In this document: positions 53,290 to 62,240 of the stretch, one piece after another
Layout of the letters: the number at the start of each line of letters is the position of its first letter
Numbering within the stretch: the stretch's first letter is position 1
Origin: Hydrolagus colliei
Taxonomy: Eukaryota
Assembly (NCBI GenBank): GCA_035084275.1
Contig: CM068769.1
Coordinates: forward strand, 1,240,001-1,304,000
Length of the DNA stretch: 64,000 bases
Direction: 5' to 3'
Notes under the pieces: generated by a model
Seen by the model: only the letters and a program-made list of their open reading frames with translations
What the model was told of the DNA's origin: nothing
Databases searched by the model: none
Translations under genes and position numbers: made by a program

Positions 53290-54633
53290 TATCTCATCAC
53301 AGTCATCATCCTGCTTTTGCATATTTGAAAACGCTTTAAAGTTGCCGCCACTCCCATTCATTCGAACATGGCACATTTTAGCCCAGTGGCCTTCTTTACC
53401 ACACCTGCGGCATTTGCCAGGTTTATGTCCAAAGGATGACTGTCCCGCTGAAGTTCTCTCTCCACGTTGAAATGCTCGTAGTTGTACCCCTTAGTCCTTA
53501 TCGACTTGGATACAGTGTGCAACCAACTGACCAAAGTTACTCCTTGTTCTTCCCACAGGGGCAAAATCTTACCAATTTTAATATTTCCCCTTTGAGTCCG
53601 GCCACGAAAGCTGGTTTCAAAGCACCCTCCTCGTTAGCATCTAAGTCTGCATTTTGCATGTCGTTACCCAGTCCCGAATGTTCAATCCACACAGTCCTGA
53701 AGCGCTCATCAAACTGAGCCACCGTTTCAATCGGTTCTTGGGTACATTCTGATATTTTCTTCCAGTCCACACGGGCCGAACCTTGATTTCTCAGCCATTG
53801 TCTGATCGCTCCCCTTCCAGCGTTCAAATTATTTCCATTTTCACCCAATGCGGTATAAAATTGTTGTTGCAATTCTTGGGCGTTTCGATCGGTTGCAATT
53901 ACCGACAAAACTTACACACCATCTCGAGGATGCAGCCGATAGATGGTACGTATTCGTTTAAGCTCTTCCCATATTTTCAATGACCCTTTCTTTGTGGCTG
54001 GCAATGCTTTTGACCATTTGTCGATTCTGTCCGGATCGGCATGTTGGTGTTCATGGAAAGGTACCCAAACAGCTCCGAATGCCTGAGCTACGCCCACCGG
54101 ACCTACGATTGCCCCTTCTAGGGTCGTGCTGCCGGCAGACCTGCTGGTCTGTGTCCGCGCCAGGCACGATATCGGGTGACCATAGGTCTCAATTGCGGTG
54201 GACGGTTATCATTCCCCCAAGGGTCCGGTAGACAAGCAGTCGGGTCCCAAGCATCACACTTATAATCACTGGCATACTCAGGAGGTAAGGATGGAGTAGA
54301 TGCATGCAACACATTTAAAGATGGATATACTGAATGATACGGTACCGATGGAGCGCTCGATGTTTTTACGACCTTCTCCTTTTGCTTAAACAGTTCAGTT
54401 TTAAGCTTTTCAATTTCAGCTTGCTTTTTACTCAATTGTTCTGCCATAGCATTTAATTGTTCCTTTGCTTTCTTCATATCTGTATCGTACTGGGTATTAC
54501 GCATAATTTCCCTTCCTTTGTCGTAGCTAACTCATGACAATCATCGCCAACCTTGTCTGGTCGTTCCGCTTTGAGCGGGTAGATTTTCCCCATACTTTTT
54601 GTATGTTGGGTAAAGACTACTGTCTGTTCCCAT
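53290..54633 (-). pseudogene. gag: ERV gag remnant, frameshifted
   Basis: MHR-like ISECTQEPIETVAQFDERFR; CCHC knuckle CRRCGKEGHWAKMC (53412-53371); possible MG start at 54633. Confidence 0.8.
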
Positions 54634-55353
54634 GTTATATTTATTTTACAAAATCTGCTGGAGCTTAAGTAAGTTCATATTTTTCTGGAAGATTTGTGTT
54701 AGTTCGCACAACATTTCGGTTTCAGACACATACGGAGGTGCCTGCCCTCCTTTGTGTGAAGTGTTTTTTTCACTTTTTTTTCTAAACATTTTTACCAATT
54801 GTTCTTGAGGCCGTAGGCAATTTCAATGCCGATAGAGGATTGCACCCCGAGGATCCGAATGGGCTTCTGAAACTTGGTAATTTTGTAAAACCTAAAACAC
54901 GCTTGTATAACGTCTCTTAATGATCCAAACTCAAACAAAAGAAGTATTTCTTACCTCGAGATCACGTCTGACCGCACTTTGTTTTCTTGTCTTCTGCAAA
55001 TCCGGTTCTTTCTTTAAGAATCACGAGAAGGTTCAAACATCTCCACACTTGCCGAGGAATTTTAACACAAAAATTCCGTAACTTTATCTGGGGTAGCCCA
55101 TGTTCCGCCCTTTTTAACCAAGTCGTACACCTTTACCGATTCAACTGAGGTAGACAGTGTTCCGCCCGTATCAATCGAGCCGTACACATTTACCGTTACT
55201 GGTGTAGACCGTGTTCCGCCCTTATCAATCAAGTCGTACACCCTTACCGTTTCTGGGATAGACCGTGTTCCGCCCTTGTTAATCAAGTCGTACACCTTTA
55301 CCGATTCACCTTAGGCAATCCGTGTTCAATGTCTGTCCTTGTTACCTTCTGTG

Positions 55354-55371
55354 ATCCTGCTGACTACTCCA
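55354..55371 (-). other. ERV primer binding site, tRNA-Ser
   Basis: TGGAGTAGTCAGCAGGAT, 3 nt from the 5' LTR; 16/18 match to TGGCGTAGTCGGCAGGAT, the complement of the vertebrate tRNA-Ser 3' end as I recall it. Confidence 0.8.
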
Positions 55372-55374
55372 AAT

Positions 55375-55782
55375 TGTTGGATTCGGAAGAAATGGGAGTT
55401 TTCTCAAAGAAACGATCTTCAGTCATCACAGAGTTTTATGCTCTTTTTATTCAGTACTACATCCCATTTATTGTACAGGCACTCCTCTTGTGATTCGAAT
55501 AGTTACTTGATAGTTCGAAAAGTTGAATCTTGGAGGACAGCCAACACATATATACCCAGTTTGCTTTCTTTGTCCTACAGGACACAATCAGTTAAAACAG
55601 TCTTGCCCAACCAACATGCCCATATTAGGAGCGTTATCCAATGTTCACAAACAATTGCTATATTATTACAATACACAATTACCTGGTCAGAAGCTTCTGA
55701 TCTGGTCTAAATCAGTCTAGATTGCCACATATACACATTAGTGTTGTTACAGGGTCACACACAAAACTGCTACATTCCAACA
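55375..55782 (-). repeat. ERV 5' LTR
   Basis: TGTTGGAATG...CAACA; TATATA box and AATAAA (55451-55446); about 90% identical to the 3' LTR by eye. Confidence 0.9.
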
Positions 55783-56326
55783 GTGTACGACTTGATTGAC
55801 AACGGCGGAACACGGGCTACCCCAGAATGTTGTGGAATTTTTCTGTTAAAATTCCTCGGCACGTGTAGAGCTGTTTGAACCTTCTCGTGATTCTTACGGA
55901 AGAACCGGATTCATCAAGGAAGAAAAGAGCTGCAGAAGAAGAGAAAACAGAGTGCGGTTTGACGCGATCGACAGGTGTTGCTGACAAAAGGTGGAAGGAA
56001 AGAAGCTTGGATAAACGCTCCACTGTTAAGAACTGTGTGTTTATAAGTTTAAAAATGTTAGAGTACTTTTATTTCATTGTCGCTTTTGCATAAACAGCAT
56101 CAACAGTATTATGTTTAGATTGTTGTGACAGAGTCACAAAAGGGGGATTGTTGGAATGTAGTAGTTTTGTGTGTGACTTTGTAACAACACGTTTGTGTTT
56201 ATGTGGCAGTCTAGACTGATTTAGATCAGAAGCTTGTCACCAGATAATGGTTTATTGTAGAAATACAGCAATTGTGTATGACCATTTGACAACGCTCCTA
56301 ATATGGGCACGTTGATTGGGCAAGAC
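55783..56326 (+). mobile_element. Second, inverted and highly deleted copy of the same ERV family
   Basis: In order: leader piece (like 55130-54955), IN/env start piece, PPT near 56138-56146, partial LTR 56149-56326. Confidence 0.85.
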
Positions 56327-56926
56327 AAATCATGTTATTGTTATTATTATTTGTTAATGTTTCCTTTCCATGGGCATCATTCTCTTGTTAAGTGATTAAC
56401 TCAAAACACGTCTGACTGTGGGAAAATGCTGCTTTGTACGATTGGTTGACAACTGAGTGATAAAGTTTCTTGAATCGATTATTATCCTGGAAAAGGCGAC
56501 TTGCTAATTGACAATTAAATGGTTCACCATTCACAATTCGGCAAACAGACAAAAATACGAATAATCTGTGCGTTTGATATAGTGCCTTACCACGTCGTCG
56601 AGGAGCGCTTCCCTGGATGTACTGTGCTTTGAGTTTACTGTCGATGCTTTGGAATAAATGCGGCACATAACTGCGCACAGCGGTGAATCAGAAAAAGTCG
56701 TAGGATGAAGTCATCAATTTAATTAGGAATTATGTCACGCGAAAAAGCCATCCACTATTAGAATAATAACCGGATTCCTATTTACACCTATGTATTCAGA
56801 AGCGTGTGGTAACTGCTGGGATGCGAACCAGCAGTCTTATCGTTTGTGAAACGAATGGTTTAATCATCAGCTACAGCAACCTCAGCATGTTTTTGTACAG
56901 GCTCCTCTTAGATACGCTGCACTGTG

Positions 56927-57391
56927 CTCTGTGCTGCACAGAAGTAAGTGGCGGTGTCTGTCACTCGCAAGTCTCTGATTGTCAGTGTGCTGTTCTTTTT
57001 TTTGTATCCGCCAAAGAACGTATCCACTCCTCCGCCCTTACCTCTATTTTTCCCAACACCAATAACCCTATGGAGCCGTTTCCATACTTTTTGTACCATT
57101 GGAAGGACCATACTTCTCCATTGGTCCTGCACTCTATGGATACATTTCCATTTTCGCTCTCTGTCTTGGACAGAGTTCTTTGTGTCACTTCGCTTTCAGC
57201 CAAAACACCTGGTAAATAGAAATGAAGAATCTAGGAGAGACATTTGGGGAAAACAAACACTTCCATCAACGAATTTTATGATTTTACAGTAAAGAAAAAG
57301 ATGTGATTCTGCCAATAAATAGTTTACATACGTAACAATGTTGTCAGTAAATTTACAAATATATATATAATGGATTGAAATTCGGCTTCAT
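56927..57391 (-). pseudogene. TRAV: V17: TCR alpha/delta V pseudogene, family A, mosaic
   Basis: V exon 57208-56927 with a frameshift in an A8 run (57003-56996); leader 57391-57332 is out of phase at a TA run; RSS CACAGTG-23-ACAAAAACA (56926-56888). Confidence 0.88.
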
Positions 57392-58674
57392 TCTCTAATT
57401 GAAATGCAACGAGCGTTCGGCAGAACGCTGATGAACGTTTATTCAAAGTTGTCTGGAATCTTTAGCTGAGCAGGTGATAATTATATTCTCGGTGACGCCT
57501 TCATCCACAGCTCACTTCCGGCATATATGCTTGTGGCAAATTGTGCATTCGTTAGGAGACGGACATCAGTGTCGATGCTTACTGCTAGGTAAACAGATGT
57601 GTTTCGATGAAAATCAACATGAACATTCTTTCTGCCTACTCTAGAAGGGAATACAGGTCCGTATATGCATTTGCAATACCAATCCATGGGTGAATGACCC
57701 TTCCTTGTATTGCTAAAGCCACCCTAATCGTCAGGAATTTTGGATTATTTGTTTAATAGGAGCAGAGTGGAATGACTCCCCTTTCCCAGTGACTTGTCTG
57801 CTCTTCTATGTCCTATTGATGAACCAGCATGCGCTACCCTGTCACCAGCAGTTTCGTGAAATTCTGCGAACTTGTCTACCTACAGAACATGTGTACCTCT
57901 GTAACTGGACTAGAGACCGTCGCAGATAGTTGGATGGATTCTGACATTCCCTTGGAAAATTCAAGATCATGTGCCGTGAGAATTGCTTCCCTCCCCCTCA
58001 AGGAGAAGAAATGATTATACTCAGAACATTGTGGACATTTACACAGTACAATGCCACGCTCAGTCGGCAGTAAAGCAGTACTGCAGATATTAATTTTAAT
58101 TAAGTGCACAGTAACTGACATTTAGTTACTAAATTCCTTGACGATACAACAGCAACAAGAGAGATAAAGACGAAGGTAATTTTTTTCTCTGTTTAACGTC
58201 TCTCTAGCAGTTAATGTTGAGAATCAAAATGAGACATTGAGTAATACAATTGACCATTGAATTTGATTTAACGCTTTTCACGTCTGATTGAAGACTGTTG
58301 GGCGCTTCACAGAATAAACTGTAAAGTAAATTGTCGGCATATCTGTGGACCAAATACGGCATTCAATTGGTCACTTGATGATCCCGTAATCATTCGTGAA
58401 TTGAAATGAGCATTTTGTTTTTCCAGGAACACAGTCAATGTCATTCAGTGAGGAAATTATTACTTACACAAACGTGTGATAAAGAATGCATATGTATTGG
58501 TAAATTATAAAACAAAATTCAGAAAAATCTCTGACCTGTGGTCTTACGCAATCGAGGTTAAATAAACACCGTTTTTCTCTGTTGTTCTTGAAAACGTAAG
58601 AATTTCTGTCATGAATGATGTTGTAATACCGCAGTCTGCCTCTGGGATGGTTGCGTCTTGAACACAGTGCAGAA

Positions 58675-58688
58675 CCGCCACCTGCTGG
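58675..58688 (-). promoter_or_regulatory. CTCF-like motif
   Basis: CCAGCAGGTGGCGG on the minus strand. Confidence 0.7.
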
Positions 58689-60091
58689 ACATGTGCTTGT
58701 ACTGCGGAACTTCAAGTGAATTTCTCTCTAAATTACCATTTAAAATACACACATTACTGGAATCTCCGCCCCCACAAACACGTCACCCCATTCAGTTTAT
58801 TATTATCAGCATCTGTTTGGAAACCAAGAAGCTGGCAATGATTCGCTCTATAGGGATTCAACCATTCATTTTAATTCCAGGCCGCTGCGATCAGTGCATT
58901 TGTTCTAATTCTTGTCACATAATACTGTGTATTTTGAGTTACAGGAACAACAGCTTGTATTTAAAAAGCACCGCTCGCAAAGGGTAGAGTCCCAGAGCAT
59001 GACACGGCGGAAACGCTGGGCGTTCCGCCAGCGTGGATGGGGAAGGGATCGTAAGCACACACAACCTCACATTTATACGCTCACCATCTTCACATTAAGA
59101 TGTGAAGATGGTGAGCCTCTCCCAATGCTCGCCCACTCCCAGGCTATCGCGATATTTTTCTGTCTGCGTGAAATAAGTGTAAGTATCAATTGTTTTACAA
59201 TGTGCTCAACTGTATAGCGTGTTGGAACTCGAACTGTTCAGAGAATCCAAACAAATTCTTAATATTTCTGTGCAATCCACCAAAATATGGGATTTCCCAT
59301 CCAATCGAATGCAATGTGCTCTTCCTATCAATGGAAGTGTAGAGCATTACTAACCAATTACGGGTGAGAATAAAGTGCAAACTGGCAAGACTGTGCGACT
59401 TGAAATGCTGGATTATAACCGTTTAAATCAGCAGATGTTTGCTATTCAGAGCACTGTGAAGCAAGCTTTCGCAGTGCTTCAATCCGGAGAAGCTAACACC
59501 AAATCAATTGTTTAGTGGATAGTACAAGTTGCTCTCCTGGCTGCTTAATCGATAACAAGAATCGTACAATCCTGGATTGAATAGGGTGTCACGAGAGCGA
59601 ACGGTGTCCTGTATGTTTGACATGATAGAAGTGAGAGAAGAGTGGGGCAATGTCGATACTGTGATGTGTTGGTTGTGTGACAGCTCAAGCGCGATGGAGC
59701 GATATAGAGGGGGTAAGTACTCGCAACGTTGACAAGAGCGAGCGATGACATTTTGGCAATAGTAACAGTCAATGCTGGGACTATTGTTGAACGTGGCTGT
59801 TTTCCTACGTTCTTTTACTTAACGACACTGCGAGTCTGTTGGAATAACGAACATTGAGTGGCTAGAGTTGCTGAGCGATGGAACCAACTAATACTCCACT
59901 ATCACTCGCTGAGCATTAACAACCAGGGTGACCAGCTCATCGATAACTTAATAGTGACCAGATATGGAGATAAATTCCTCACGTATTCGGATGACAACCA
60001 ACTCTATCAATTTGCCTCTATTCTAGACTCCAGGAATAGCAGTGAACTGACAGACTGTCTATCAGACACAAGTCCTAACTTTCTAGAGTTA

Positions 60092-61350
60092 GCAACAACA
60101 AATTATACGTGCACTTATGAAGCGCCTTTCACGTCGGGAGGACGTCCGATGGCGCTGCACAGGAGGCGTGTGACCCGAGCTGGAAGTGGAGTATACGAGG
60201 AGGTGTGAAACACGTAGGGGAGGGCGAAAAATTCGGGGGGAACAAAAGGCACGGTCGAAGAGTAAAGTCTTCAAACCGGCCTTGAAAGAGGAAAGGGAAG
60301 AAACGAGACGGAGGGATTGGGGGATGGAATTGGGGTCGGAGGAGAAAAACAGAAGGCCCGGCATCCAATGGTGTGGCGGTTCGGGCGGGCCAAGTCCTGC
60401 TGAACGGAGAGTCCGGGTGGACTTTTAGGGGGAAAGTAGATTAGTTAATTTGGGCGGGGCAAGGCCGTGTAAGGCCTTGAATGTGTGGACGGGTATCTTG
60501 AACTCAATCCTCTGGAGTATGGGGAGCCAGTGGAGACGGGCGAGGGTGGGGGTTATATGGTCGCGGAGGCGGGTGCGGGATAATACACAGGCTGCAGATT
60601 TTTGGACGACCTGCAGCCTGTGAATGGAGGAAATGGGGAGGCCGACGAGGAGAGAGTTTCCGTAGTCCAGCCGTGAGGTGATGTACGCGTGCACGAGTGT
60701 TTCGGCAGTGTGAGGGGTAAGATAATTTCGGAGCGTGGCAATGTTGCGCATGTGGAAGTAAGTGGTCAAGGTCACGGCACGGATGTGGGGGAGGAAGCAG
60801 AGTTTTTGGTCGAACGTGATGCAGAGGTTCCTGACTGGCTTTGTGAGGTGGAGAGTACAGCCTTGGATTTTGAGGCTGACAGCGCCCGATGTGCGGAGGC
60901 GCTGGCTAGAGCCCTTCAGGAGGGCCTCGTTCTTACTCACGATCAATTGCAGAAACTTTTCCCTCGTCCAGGACTCGATGTCGGACAGACATGCTGTCAG
61001 AACATCGATGGTCTGGGTGTTGAGGGATGTGGCAGAAAGGTACAACTGGTTGTAATCCGCGTACATGTGGAAATTTACCCCATGTATGCGGATAACATCG
61101 CCCAGAGAGAGCGTATAAATGGTGAAAAGGAGAGGGCCGATGACAGAGCCCTGAGGGACGCCGTGCGAAACTGTGCGAGGGTTTGAGGAAAAACCATTGG
61201 AATCTTTACAAAGTGTAAACGGTGGGTCAAATAGTAACGGAAACAGTCAAGGACTGTGCCTTGAAGGTTGAGGTGGGAGGAAAAAGTTTGGAGGAGGATG
61301 GTGTGATCGACTGTGTCGAACGCAGCAGTCAGGTCAAGGAGGACGAGGAG
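60092..61350 (-). mobile_element. L2-clade LINE, RT domain to 3' tail
   Basis: [20 protein letters not shown] (decayed YADD), YITSRLDYGNSLL, RLHWLPILQRIEFK, then the 3' tail. Confidence 0.92.
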
Positions 61351-61394
61351 TCAAAGTTAGTAACATTCTACAGTTGAATTGTTCAGAACACCGA

Positions 61395-62240
61395 AGCCCT
61401 AATGATTGACTCGCACCAGCGCCTTCTTGCATCATGCGCTGACAGCATTTACCTCCGTGGTTGCTCACCCAGCTTCACCAAACCCGTCAGGAACCTAGAT
61501 GTCGTGTTCAACTCTAAATCGTCTTTTCTCTTCCACATCTACTCAATGAATCGTTCTGCATTTCCGCACTTGCGACGCGTTGACCGATTCCTCCAATATC
61601 TCAACCCCCAAAGCCATTAAAAGCCTCTTGCACACCTTCATACAATCCGGCTCGACTACACAAGCTACATGCAGTTCGGCCTTCCCAATTCCTCCCTCTA
61701 CAAGCTGCAGCTAATCCAGAACTCTGCGGCCCGTGCCCTTTAATGCTCTAAGCACTGTGATCCTTTCTCCCCCATTTGTGCCCTATGCCGTTGGCTTCCC
61801 ATCATCCAAACAATCCACTTCATATCCTTGTCCTCAGTCCCTCCAAAACCTCGCCCCACCCTACACTCATTAACTGCTATCACCTTAACAACCTGCCCAC
61901 TCCCTCCGCTCAGCAGGCTATAGCCTGCTACCCGTTTCCTTACCAATCCGCCCCACTATTGGACGGCGAGCCTTCAGCCACTCTGTTCCCAACCACTAGA
62001 ACTCCACCGCGCAGTCTCTGCCGCTTCTCCCGACCGCTCCATGGCCTCCTTGAATTCTCCCCCGAATACTCTACTCTTCGATGTACCCATCGGTAACTCA
62101 TTATTCCCCCTTCTGCACGCCCCCCTCCACCCCCCTACACGCTGTACCCAGCTCGTTTTTCCAGCGTTGAATATCCAGCGCCTTAAGACGTCCGCCTGAC
62201 GTGAAAGGCGCTACATAGAGTGCAACATTGTTGTTGTTGT
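61395..62240 (+). mobile_element. L2-clade LINE 3' fragment, degraded
   Basis: TKPVRNLDVVFNSK, RLDY and LQLIQNSAAR remnants; GTGAAAGGCGCTA...(GTT)n tail. Confidence 0.8.

Larger units (their letters stand above)
52049..55782 (-). mobile_element. Endogenous retrovirus, class I (gamma/epsilon-like), internally deleted, 3.7 kb
   Basis: Two related TG...CA LTRs of about 406 nt, PBS, PPT AAAAGGGGG, gag remnant, integrase C-terminus and env N-terminus; no PR, RT or RNase H seen. Confidence 0.92.

Noticed and set aside
55090-55330. CRISPR-like repeat array
   Set aside because: Eukaryotic context; whole units are homologous with no unique spacers; it is an ERV leader tandem repeat.
58663-58669. Perfect heptamer CACAGTG beside a CTCF motif
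   Set aside because: No nonamer at 12 or 23 nt and no adjacent coding segment.
60092-62240. Twin-priming inversion of one L2 element
   Set aside because: Both halves contain overlapping ORF2 3' regions and their own tails, so they are two insertions.
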